Source: Abditibacteriaceae bacterium
GTDB taxonomy: Bacteria > Armatimonadota > Abditibacteriia > Abditibacteriales > Abditibacteriaceae
Length of the DNA stretch: 39,815 nt
Direction: 5' to 3'
Assembly: GCA_031372065.1 (NCBI GenBank)
Contig: JANMKN010000354.1
Span: forward strand, 1 to 39,815
Under the pieces are notes generated by a model, which was not told the DNA's origin, did no database searches, and worked only from the letters and a program-made list of their open reading frames with translations. Positions 8,019 through 16,730 of the stretch are shown piece by piece. Position 1 is the stretch's first letter, and each line of letters opens with the position of its first letter. The translations under genes were made by a program, and so were the position numbers.

Positions 8019-9494
8019 ATGAACGAGTTTTCAAAAGATCATCCCATCGAAAGCGGCCCTTTTGAGCCGACTTGGGAATCGCTGGCAAATTATCAGTGCC
8101 CAGAGTGGTTTCGCGACGCCAAGTTTGGCATTTGGGCGCATTGGGGGCCGCAAAGTGTGCCGATGGTCGGTGATTGGTATGCCCGCCACATGTATGTGCA
8201 AGGCCATGTGCAAAACCTGCATCATGTGGAGAATTTCGGCCATCCGTCGCAAGTGGGCTTCAAGGACATTATTCCGCAATGGAAAGCCGAAAAATTCGAT
8301 CCCGAACGGCTTATGGATTTATTCCAAGCCGCCGGTGCGCGCTATTTTGTTTCGATGGGCGTGCATCACGACAATTTTGATTTGTGGAATTCGACACACA
8401 ATCATTGGAACGCCGTGCAAATGGGGCCACAGCGCGACATTTTGGGTGATTGGCAAGCGGCGGCGCGCAAACGCGGCTTGCCATTTGGCGTGTCGGAGCA
8501 TTTGGGCGCCAGTTTTACATGGTGGCAAACCAGTCACGGCAGCGACAAAGAAGGCGAATTCGCGGGCGTGCCTTACGACGGCGCCGACCCACAATGGCAA
8601 GATTTATATCATTGGCCCGCCGCACCCGGCGACACGACGTGGTATTCCACCGACGCGAAATGGGCCGCGAAATGGTATGAGCGCATCAAAGATTTGGTAG
8701 ATCACTATCAGCCGGACTTGCTTTATTCGGACGGCGCGCTGCCTTTTGATGAAGTAGGCCGCACCCTGATTGCGCATTATTACAACGCCAATCAAGCAGC
8801 GCATGACGGCAAGTTGGAAGCGGTTTATAACCTCAAAGATTGGACAACGAAACCCGGCCACGGCGATTATAAAGACGGCATCGGCGTGCAGGATATGGAG
8901 CGCGGCGGGCTTTCGGATATAAACCCTGCGCCGTGGCAAACCGACACTTCGATTGGCGACTGGTTTTACAACAAAAACTGGCAAGCCAACGATACCGGCA
9001 CCATGTATCGCTCGGCCCCTTGGGTGATTCGCACTTTGGTGGACACCGTCAGCAAAAACGGCAATTTATTGCTAAATGTCATTCAGCGCCCCGATGGTTC
9101 GCTGGATGCTGAAGTAGAAACTTTGCTCGGCGAAATTGGCGCGTGGCTGAAAACCAACGGTGAAACGATTTATAACACGCGTCCGTGGAAACTCTATGGT
9201 GAAGGCCAAACCAAAGTCGAAGAAGGCGCTTTTAAAGAAGATTTCGGCTTCAGCGCGGCAGATATTCGCTTCACGCAAAGCAAAGACGGCTCCGCGCTTT
9301 ACGCCATTGCGCTTGGCTGGCCCGAAAGCGGAAAACTAAACATCAAATCGCTCGGCGAAAGTGCGATTAAGCGTGTCGAATTGCTCGGTTGCGACAGCGA
9401 AATTGAGTGGACGCAAAGCGCCGATGGCTTGCAAGTCACGCTGCCCTCAACGCGTGTTAGCCCTATCGCGTGCAGTTTGAAAATCAGCGTGTGA
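8019..9494 (+). CDS. GH29 alpha-L-fucosidase family, no signal peptide
   Basis: FEPTWESL, PEWFRDAKFGIWAHWG, HHDNFDLW, GPQRDILG, LLYSDG (nucleophile Asp), VSKNGNLLLNV and WLKTNGETIYNTRPW; SD aagga. Confidence 0.93.
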   Translation: MNEFSKDHPIESGPFEPTWESLANYQCPEWFRDAKFGIWAHWGPQSVPMVGDWYARHMYVQGHVQNLHHVENFGHPSQVGFKDIIPQWKAEKFDPERLMDLFQAAGARYFVSMGVHHDNFDLWNSTHNHWNAVQMGPQRDILGDWQAAARKRGLPFGVSEHLGASFTWWQTSHGSDKEGEFAGVPYDGADPQWQDLYHWPAAPGDTTWYSTDAKWAAKWYERIKDLVDHYQPDLLYSDGALPFDEVGRTLIAHYYNANQAAHDGKLEAVYNLKDWTTKPGHGDYKDGIGVQDMERGGLSDINPAPWQTDTSIGDWFYNKNWQANDTGTMYRSAPWVIRTLVDTVSKNGNLLLNVIQRPDGSLDAEVETLLGEIGAWLKTNGETIYNTRPWKLYGEGQTKVEEGAFKEDFGFSAADIRFTQSKDGSALYAIALGWPESGKLNIKSLGESAIKRVELLGCDSEIEWTQSADGLQVTLPSTRVSPIACSLKISV

Positions 9495-9546
9495 TGCGGC
9501 TCATCTTTCTCGGTTTGAAAAATAGACTGCCGCCTCCCTTTTATAT

Positions 9547-12483
9547 TTAGCCAAGCGGCGTGACTTCAAGCATGAGCGCCGCGCCGGTGACATCCAGAGT
9601 AAGGCGACCTTGGGCGTCGGCCATGAGTTCTTGCGTGGTGGGCGCCGGAATTTTGGGTTCTGGTGGTGGCGGCGGCGGTTTCTTCCCTTTGCGTGCTTTG
9701 GGGTCAGGGAATGGAGCGATGATTGGCGGATTTGGGGCGGGCGGCAGGGCCAGCGTAGTGATGGTAGCGGTATGGCGCGAATTGGGCAGAATGCGATAGC
9801 CATCGGGCGAATCGTAAAGCACGGCGCGCACTCCGGCAGAAGGGCCGGGCGTGATTTGGAAACTATTGGATTGTGGAGTGAATGCGGTGGCGTTGGGCCA
9901 GATAGCAAAGACCGCTTTTTTCTCTTGCCAATCCATCAAACGTGCCATGAGCGGTCCGCCGGTGAGATGGCGCACCCGGATCGGTGCCATGCGCGTAATC
10001 ATCATGGCGCCGGGTGGCGTGTAGGTGTGTAGAGCCACCAATTGTGGCCGTTCATCGCTGACGCTGGGGTCTATCAGCGGCGCGGGGCGCGGTGCGCCCA
10101 GAGCCGGAGCCATTCCCGCCGGAGAAAAAGCCGTAATAACATTCGACCAAAGCCAATCGCCGGGCGCTCCGGTTTGCACTTGTGACCAATCGCGCAGAGC
10201 CAATGCCGCCTGCGCATTTAAATCGGGCGTTTCATTGGCCGCGCCCTCTGGTGCCACAGGCACGGGCAGTGTAGGCGGCGTGTGATTAAGCAGCGCGATG
10301 GCGTCTTGGAAATTCACCGTTTCGGGATAAAATGATGTGCCGCCTATGGGGTCGCCCGTAGTTGGGGCAAATGAGCGGGCGCCGTTCTGCACTACGAGGG
10401 CGCCGCGACTAAAGAGGTCGCCATGAAATCCATCAAATCCGGCGGCACCGGGCAGCCAATTCTGCCACAGCAGCCAAGGCGCGAAGATGGCGCCGCCCGC
10501 GCCCAAGGGCCTAAAAGTGAGAAACGCGATTTCGTCGGCGTCTTCTGGGTCGCGGGGCACACGCGAGCCAGCAATGGAAATGGCATCGGGACGCGGCGCG
10601 CCGCTGGCGACCGGGCCACGAAAAGCCGGGCCACCGCGACTATTGGTGAGCCATGTGCCGGGTTGGACTTGACCCCACGAGGGAAACAAAGGGTGCACTT
10701 GAATTTGTTGCAAATTGCCCTTGTCTTGGCGCAACTGCAATGACGATGACATCCCAAACAAAGCCAGCAGCGAAGGTGAAATCTCGGTGACTTTGCCCGC
10801 CGCTTGCGCCGCGCCGAGGCCTAAATCGGCCACCACGATGCCGCCTTTGGCCGCGAATTGTCCCAGCCGCGCCGACAATTTTTCGGAGACTGACAGGGCT
10901 TGCGGCAAAAGCAGAGTATTGTAGCCAGAAAGGTCGCTATTCTCGTCGGATAAATCTTCCGGCGCGAGATAATCTACAGCGCCAAAAGCGGTGCCTTGCC
11001 GCAGCGTATACACCAAATTACTCGGCTCGGCGCCGATAATGTCCTCGCCAAACCCATAAAGTCCGCGTCCGGTGGCATCTTTGGCGTTTTCTTCGGGTGG
11101 GCTGCCTTGAAGCTGCGGTTGATATTGCGGATGAAACTGCAATTGCGCCCCACCAAGCGGGTCGATTTCCTTTTGCACGCTCAAGCCTTCGGCCAGTGGC
11201 GTTAAGAGAATCGCGGCACTGGCTTGCGGCGCTTTGTCCCAGAGCATCGCGAAGGGCATCATTTGTAACCGCGCTAAATTAGCCGCGATTGTCGCTTTTA
11301 AAGTGATATTGCGCTGTAAATCGGGCCATGAGGAAAAGGCGAAACCAGAAGCGCCGTGCGCTAAAGCGGCATCTAACCACGAAGCCATGAAGCGTGGCAG
11401 ATTGTTCGCAGACAGTGCCGGATTTCCATTGGTGGCGAAGACGGGAATCGCCGCAAAGCGCCCGCCGCGCCGCGCAATCGAAGTGCCCTGTGGATTGTGC
11501 GTTAAAACATCGGCTTCTGCCACGCCGGGCGCTAAATCGGGCAGTGAAACATCAAGGCTCGCCGGCAAACTCAGCAATTGGGCATAATCGGGCAGGCGTC
11601 CCGCAAATAAAGTGGCGTCCGGTTCGGTGGCGCGCAGGGTTTTGACCCAGAATTCCAATAAGTCCCGATAGGCATCCCATTTATAGAGCGCGACGGCTAA
11701 GGCCGCCGGATGAAATGCCCAACCGTTGGCGCTGGAACTGGCTGATGTGGGTAGCGGCAAGCCTGTTAATGAAGTTGTTGGCTCCTCTTCGGCTGCGAGA
11801 TTTTTTTGCCATTCCGAGGCTAAAGTTCCCGCTGATTGCAGTTTGACTCGATCAAGCGCCGGGAATTGCTGATGCCATTGCTTATTCAAAATCTCAACAT
11901 CCGCGTAATTGGCGGCGAGCCATTTTGCGAAGCCTTTGTTATCAAAAATAGGCAGGCTGCGCGGATCATCGGGCAGCATCCAGCCGAGGAGATTGGGCGT
12001 ATCGCGCAGTTCGTTAATCGCGCCGGTGATCCAACTGCTCCACATCAACGAGTAAACGCCCTCGTCGCCACTGATTTTGAATTCGTGTTCCCGTCCGATA
12101 GGCGCGGCGGGCAATTGATAAATGATGTTTAAGCCACGCCGGGCGGCAGCTTCGGACAAGGCGCGTGGTGCTTTTAAATCGCGCGGGGCCAAAGCGATGG
12201 CTTCGCCGGGCGAACCTGACCACTCTAAGCTGATGACTAACGTGTTAAAGCCGTTTTGCTTATAGTCATCAAGTTGCGAAGCCTCAGTCAGGCCAAACGC
12301 CCACAAAAGCGGCAGCGGTTTTCCATTTTGCACGAAAAACTTCTTGCCGTTACGGGAAGTAAGTGACGGGTTTTGGGTTTTGGGTGATGGGTTAGAGGGA
12401 AGCTGGGCCAGAGCGCTTGAGGTCATCAGACCTAAAACCCAAAACCCAAAACCTATAACCCATAACCCGCGTTTTACAGCCAT
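9547..12483 (-). CDS. Large exported GH42/beta-galactosidase-like protein with trimerisation (GATase-like) domain and Pro-rich C-terminal segment
   Basis: FFVQNGKP, YKQNGFNT, LLGWMLPDDP, FAKWLAANYADVEILNKQW, ALAHGASGFAFSSW, DLSGYNTLLLP and FAAKGGIVVAD; signal peptide from MAVKRG (ATG 12483, overlapping the tatC stop). Confidence 0.7.
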   Translation of the reverse strand: MAVKRGLWVIGFGFWVLGLMTSSALAQLPSNPSPKTQNPSLTSRNGKKFFVQNGKPLPLLWAFGLTEASQLDDYKQNGFNTLVISLEWSGSPGEAIALAPRDLKAPRALSEAAARRGLNIIYQLPAAPIGREHEFKISGDEGVYSLMWSSWITGAINELRDTPNLLGWMLPDDPRSLPIFDNKGFAKWLAANYADVEILNKQWHQQFPALDRVKLQSAGTLASEWQKNLAAEEEPTTSLTGLPLPTSASSSANGWAFHPAALAVALYKWDAYRDLLEFWVKTLRATEPDATLFAGRLPDYAQLLSLPASLDVSLPDLAPGVAEADVLTHNPQGTSIARRGGRFAAIPVFATNGNPALSANNLPRFMASWLDAALAHGASGFAFSSWPDLQRNITLKATIAANLARLQMMPFAMLWDKAPQASAAILLTPLAEGLSVQKEIDPLGGAQLQFHPQYQPQLQGSPPEENAKDATGRGLYGFGEDIIGAEPSNLVYTLRQGTAFGAVDYLAPEDLSDENSDLSGYNTLLLPQALSVSEKLSARLGQFAAKGGIVVADLGLGAAQAAGKVTEISPSLLALFGMSSSLQLRQDKGNLQQIQVHPLFPSWGQVQPGTWLTNSRGGPAFRGPVASGAPRPDAISIAGSRVPRDPEDADEIAFLTFRPLGAGGAIFAPWLLWQNWLPGAAGFDGFHGDLFSRGALVVQNGARSFAPTTGDPIGGTSFYPETVNFQDAIALLNHTPPTLPVPVAPEGAANETPDLNAQAALALRDWSQVQTGAPGDWLWSNVITAFSPAGMAPALGAPRPAPLIDPSVSDERPQLVALHTYTPPGAMMITRMAPIRVRHLTGGPLMARLMDWQEKKAVFAIWPNATAFTPQSNSFQITPGPSAGVRAVLYDSPDGYRILPNSRHTATITTLALPPAPNPPIIAPFPDPKARKGKKPPPPPPEPKIPAPTTQELMADAQGRLTLDVTGAALMLEVTPLG
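12368..12468. repeat. Heptamer-unit inverted repeat inside a coding sequence
   Basis: gggtttt/gggtttt/gggtgat/gggttag (12368-12395) facing aaaaccc/aaaaccc/aaaacct/ataaccc/ataaccc (12434-12468). Confidence 0.75.
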
Positions 12484-13706
12484 TTGATGAGCCAAATAGA
12501 GAGCGCGTAAAGAATGCACGGCGGCAAGGCACAAACCATGAGAGTCAGTGGGTCCCAAGTCGGCGTGAGAATAGACACCACTATAAAAATAACTACCACA
12601 ACGTGGCGCCAATATTCAATAAGCCAATTGCGTGAAACTAAGCCGACTTTGTTGAGGAAAATAGTGACTACGGGCACTTGAAAACAGATGCCGAACACCA
12701 CTAACGTTTTGCCTAACAGGATAATAGTTTGTTGATATTCCCACAAAGAATCGGCATCTGGGGCTTTGAAAGCAAAAAAGAATTTGAAGAAAAATGGCGC
12801 CATCAGATAACCTACGGCGCAACCCGAAAAAAACAAAAAAATCGAAAACGGTAGCAGAAACCCGGAAAGGCGCTTTTCTGTGCCAGTCAACGCGGGCATG
12901 ATGAAAAGCCATGCCTGCCAGATGACGTAGGGAGCAGCCAGCATGATACCAGAAACCATTGAGAGCTGAAAATAGGTAGTGAACCCACCCATCGGATCAA
13001 TCTGAATAATCTTGATACTGGGATCAACATGCACTGGCCTGAGCAACCATCTTTGAAATTGGGGCGTAAGTTGCCATGTAATACACATAGCGACTGCAAC
13101 GGAGACGATACTGTGCAACATTCTAATGCGCAATTCGCCCAAATGCGCCCAAATGTCCATTTCGTCGTGAGGGCGCAAATTGGGGTCAACCGGCTCTTGC
13201 GGCTGCAAAATGGCGCGTTCAGAATCTATGGGCGGTGGTGGCGTGCCGCCATCGCCCAGTGGCGCCAGTTCGGGCACTGTTTCGTAGGCGGTTATCGCTT
13301 CGGATTGACCCAAATGGTCATACGATGATGCGTAATCGGCGCGGCCATTGGTATGTTCTTCGGTTTGCGGCTCGAAAGCCGTTTCTGCCGTAAAGCCATT
13401 GCTTTCATGGGCTTCGCGGTGAGCTTCTTGCGCGGCTAAAGCGGCCACCGAATCCACGCGCGGCACGGCGCCGGGCGGCGCATAGGAAGCAATATCCGCC
13501 GTCAAAGCATCGCTTGTTTCCGGCGTTTCATCGGCCTCTACTAACTCTGAATAGGGCGAAGCGGAAAAGTCATCGTCCGCTTCGCTCCTCGTCTCAGGTT
13601 CGCGTTCGGCGACAGCTTGGGCCGCGTTCAACGACTCGTGTGAGGAGCCATTGAGCGACGACGTGTCATCGCCGGAAAGAAAATCGTAAGGATTGGGTTC
13701 AGTCAT
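12474..13706 (-). CDS. tatC: Twin-arginine translocase subunit TatC with long acidic N-terminal extension
   Basis: MDIWAHLGELRIR, WQAWLFIMPALTGTEKR, FGICFQVPV, YWRHVVVVIFIVVSILTPTWDP and LYALSIW; six TM pattern. Confidence 0.92.
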   Translation of the reverse strand: MTEPNPYDFLSGDDTSSLNGSSHESLNAAQAVAEREPETRSEADDDFSASPYSELVEADETPETSDALTADIASYAPPGAVPRVDSVAALAAQEAHREAHESNGFTAETAFEPQTEEHTNGRADYASSYDHLGQSEAITAYETVPELAPLGDGGTPPPPIDSERAILQPQEPVDPNLRPHDEMDIWAHLGELRIRMLHSIVSVAVAMCITWQLTPQFQRWLLRPVHVDPSIKIIQIDPMGGFTTYFQLSMVSGIMLAAPYVIWQAWLFIMPALTGTEKRLSGFLLPFSIFLFFSGCAVGYLMAPFFFKFFFAFKAPDADSLWEYQQTIILLGKTLVVFGICFQVPVVTIFLNKVGLVSRNWLIEYWRHVVVVIFIVVSILTPTWDPLTLMVCALPPCILYALSIWLIKWL

Positions 13707-13713
13707 CGGTTTT

Positions 13714-14784
13714 CTAATCCGTCACTTGCTCTAAAACCGCAAAATCGCCGGGATTCCACGATTGCGTGATGATGTAATATTTGCCGCCCACTTCGCGCAA
13801 AACAGCGTTGTGGATGTGCTGAAAATTGGCAAGCCCCAGTTCTTCTTTGGGCAAAATCGTCGAAACGACTTGGTCGTTTTCCAACACAAAAATGGGCGCC
13901 CCTTTGGTTTTGTCGGGGCCATCAAGTGCCGGAACAAGGGCATAAGGGCCAAGATAATCCACATCGCAAGCCAATGTGCCTGCCGGAACTTTTACCGTGG
14001 ACAGATATTGCCCAAAACGCGTGAAACGATCAATTTCGGCATTCGGACGGTCTGCGACATCCACGCGTTTGAGGCCCGGCGGCACGGTGATGCTGTGGCC
14101 GGTGCCAAACTGCCCCGGCCCGGTGCCGCGTCCGCCAAAAGACAAATCAAACCATGAAGCCGTCATCGGATTCCAATTGATTTGCGCGGTCAGCACCGTG
14201 TCAAGGTCGCAATAACCAGTGCTGACATAATAACGCCCATCCAAATAATCCACGCCGGTGGGCGAGAATTTTTTGTTTTGCGCAAAGTAATCGTTGACAA
14301 ACGCGCTGCCTAAATCTTGTCCGGCGGCGGGTTTTTCTAAGGTGCCCAGAAGTTTACCGTCCAAATCCGTCGTGAAAATTTTGCCGACTTCGTTGCCGGG
14401 AAACGCCAAATAACCGCTGCCATCCGGGCCATACCAAATGGACGTATTGTGCATATTGGCGCCTTTCATGGCGTTGTCGGTTGGCAACAGTTTCACGCTT
14501 TTCATATCGGCGCTGAGTTGCAAAATGCCCGCACCACGCAAGAAGAAATACGTTTCGCCTTTGCCGGGACGATGATCTACCGCCGAACCGCCATGCGCTC
14601 CTTTGAGGGCTTTTTTCGCTTCGTCGGGCAGAACATCGGAAGTCGTCAGCACTTTGAAGCGCATTTTGCCTTGTCCGCTGACTTTTGCATCAGCGGCGTG
14701 CAGCGGCGAAGTGAACGGCATGATGCCAAGCGCCGAAGTGAGCGCCATCAGACCGGCAAGTAAAACGGGTTTGGGTCGAAACAT
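13714..14784 (-). CDS. Secreted NHL-repeat beta-propeller protein
   Basis: FGGRGTGPGQFGTGHSITV, VADRPNAEIDRFTRFGQYL, FSPTGVD and His-bearing blades (AHG, MHN, HIHN); signal peptide from MFRPKP (ATG 14784, SD caggag). Confidence 0.8.
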   Translation of the reverse strand: MFRPKPVLLAGLMALTSALGIMPFTSPLHAADAKVSGQGKMRFKVLTTSDVLPDEAKKALKGAHGGSAVDHRPGKGETYFFLRGAGILQLSADMKSVKLLPTDNAMKGANMHNTSIWYGPDGSGYLAFPGNEVGKIFTTDLDGKLLGTLEKPAAGQDLGSAFVNDYFAQNKKFSPTGVDYLDGRYYVSTGYCDLDTVLTAQINWNPMTASWFDLSFGGRGTGPGQFGTGHSITVPPGLKRVDVADRPNAEIDRFTRFGQYLSTVKVPAGTLACDVDYLGPYALVPALDGPDKTKGAPIFVLENDQVVSTILPKEELGLANFQHIHNAVLREVGGKYYIITQSWNPGDFAVLEQVTD

Positions 14785-14870
14785 GAAATAATCTCCTGTG
14801 GTGTTTTGAGAATCGTGATTTGCGGTGCGGGTGCGGCAATGGAGTATATCGGCTCTATCGGCAAGGTTGC

Positions 14871-15491
14871 TTAGGCCGCTTCGCTTTTTGATGCCGCGTT
14901 TTGCGGATGGACAGGCACGTTTTGTAAAGCGGGCACCTCGACGCGCGCATAAATGTCGTCCACTTTCAATCGGCACGCCACGGCTTCCAAAATCATTTCA
15001 TCTTCGCGCTTGTCGAAAATTTTTAGATTCCACGAGTTGTCTGCTTCGCGATGAAAATGTTCGATATAGACGCGGTTTTGCGACACTAAAATGTAATCCA
15101 TCAGCCAACGGCTGCGCCGCAGGGCTTCAAATTTAATGGTGCGGTCTTTCAATTCCGTGGTTGGCGATAAAATCTCGATGATAACCACGGCATTGATTAA
15201 GTTATCGCCTTGCATTTCTGGTTCGCAGACAATGCCGACATCAGGGTAACAATAATCACCTTCGTCATTCATTGCCACGCGCAGGTCTTGCGCGAAAATC
15301 TCACACGGTTTTCCTGCCAATTGCATGAACAAACGGCCTTGAATATTGGTGTTTAGCCGCACATGATTCAGGCTGGCGCCCGCCATAGCGATGATTTCGC
15401 CGTTGATAAATTCGCTTTTCGTTTCGGCGTTTTGTTCGTTTTGCAGATATTCTTCGGGCGTTAGAAACCAACTTTTCGGTTCGGCTACCAT
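14871..15491 (-). CDS. Uma2 family (PD-(D/E)XK) endonuclease-like protein
   Basis: LTPEEYL, KSEFINGEIIAMAGASLNH, YPDVGIVC, IIEILSPTTELKDRTIKF and YILVSQ; start MVAEPK. Confidence 0.9.
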   Translation of the reverse strand: MVAEPKSWFLTPEEYLQNEQNAETKSEFINGEIIAMAGASLNHVRLNTNIQGRLFMQLAGKPCEIFAQDLRVAMNDEGDYCYPDVGIVCEPEMQGDNLINAVVIIEILSPTTELKDRTIKFEALRRSRWLMDYILVSQNRVYIEHFHREADNSWNLKIFDKREDEMILEAVACRLKVDDIYARVEVPALQNVPVHPQNAASKSEAA

Positions 15492-15537
15492 AATTGAAAA
15501 TTCACCTCGACTTTTGGAAAGCAACAGTATAAGACCA

Positions 15538-16710
15538 CTAAAGCAGCGAGAGTTGGCGCGGTTTTTCGAGGCCGCGCGGATGTTTTTGCAGCCATTGCAC
15601 CAACCTTCGCATCGCCGATGGCAGCGCTAACGCTTCGGTTTCGTGCCAAGTGAACCATTCGCCGCCTTGTGGCTCGCTTTCGCTTTCAACTGCGAAGCAA
15701 TCTAAAGTAATGTTGTGATGCGTCACGCCATGCGACACGCTTTTTAAGAGCGCGCCGATAGTGGCTTCGATTTGCAATTCATCGCGCAAAAATCGCTGCA
15801 AGGCGCTTTCGACGGTTTCATTTTCGCGAGCCGTAACGCGTGGTAATTCCCACATCCCGCGCCACCAAATTTTGGCGTCGTGCGAACGCTGGCGCAGAAA
15901 AATTTTGTCGTCGCGATACATGAACGCGCAGGCATCGCGCAAAAAAACTGGCTCGCGCTTTGGCATTTGCTGCGGCAATTCGTTTTGGCGTTGAGCTTTT
16001 TGGGCGGCGCAAAATGCAGAAACCGGGCACTGGCCGCATTTTGGATTTTTCGGCGTGCAAATCAGCGCGCCGAGTTCCATCAGGGCCGGATTGAGTTGCG
16101 AGGGCGCGCAATCGTTTTTCAGGCCAATTTGCACTGTTTTTTCGGCTTCGAGCCACAGTTTTTGCTGATTTGGCGTGCTTTTTATGTCGCCTTCGATAAG
16201 AAATAAGCGCGCAAAAACGCGCGCAACGTTGGCATCTACAATCGGCGAAGGCGCATCATAAGCGATGCTGGTCACGGCGCCCGCCGTGTAACGCCCGACA
16301 CCGGGCAATTGCAAAACTTTGATTAGTTCAGTGGGAAATTTTGCGTCGTAATCATTTACGACAACTTGGGCCAGCTTATGAAGATTGCGCGCCCGCGAAT
16401 AATAGCCCAAACCGGCCCAAAGCGGCAACACATCTTCGAGCGACGCGGCAGCCAAATCTTGGATTGTCGGAAAGCGCTGTAAAAAGCGCTGATAGAAGGG
16501 AATAACCGTAGCGACAACGGTTTGTTGTAACATTATTTCCGAAACCAAAACGCGATACGGGTCACGCGCGTTGGATTCATGGCGCCACGGTAAATCGCGC
16601 TGGGCGAGGGCAAACCAAGCGCATAATTGACGCGTGAAATGGGCGCGCCCGTTGTCTGAAGGAAGGTCGTGTTCGCTGTTCGACACGACTGCTGCGGTCT
16701 TTTTACTCAC
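15538..16710 (-). CDS. mutY: A/G-specific adenine DNA glycosylase
   Basis: RDLPWR, PYRVLVSEIMLQQT, WAGLGYYSRARNL, HhH LPGVGRYTAGA, DANVARV, FeS motif CTPKNPKCGQCPVSAFC and a NUDIX-like C-terminus. Confidence 0.95.
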   Translation of the reverse strand: MSKKTAAVVSNSEHDLPSDNGRAHFTRQLCAWFALAQRDLPWRHESNARDPYRVLVSEIMLQQTVVATVIPFYQRFLQRFPTIQDLAAASLEDVLPLWAGLGYYSRARNLHKLAQVVVNDYDAKFPTELIKVLQLPGVGRYTAGAVTSIAYDAPSPIVDANVARVFARLFLIEGDIKSTPNQQKLWLEAEKTVQIGLKNDCAPSQLNPALMELGALICTPKNPKCGQCPVSAFCAAQKAQRQNELPQQMPKREPVFLRDACAFMYRDDKIFLRQRSHDAKIWWRGMWELPRVTARENETVESALQRFLRDELQIEATIGALLKSVSHGVTHHNITLDCFAVESESEPQGGEWFTWHETEALALPSAMRRLVQWLQKHPRGLEKPRQLSLL

Positions 16711-16730
16711 TTCGTTTAAGTTTATCGCTC

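Noticed and set aside
12484..12612. Longer start for the 1021-aa ORF
   Set aside because: It overlaps the conserved tatC C-terminus in another frame; ATG 12483 gives a plausible signal peptide.
14871..15491. Uma2 gene as a defence or mobile system
   Set aside because: Uma2 paralogs are commonly scattered singly; no methyltransferase, toxin partner or mobility gene is adjacent.
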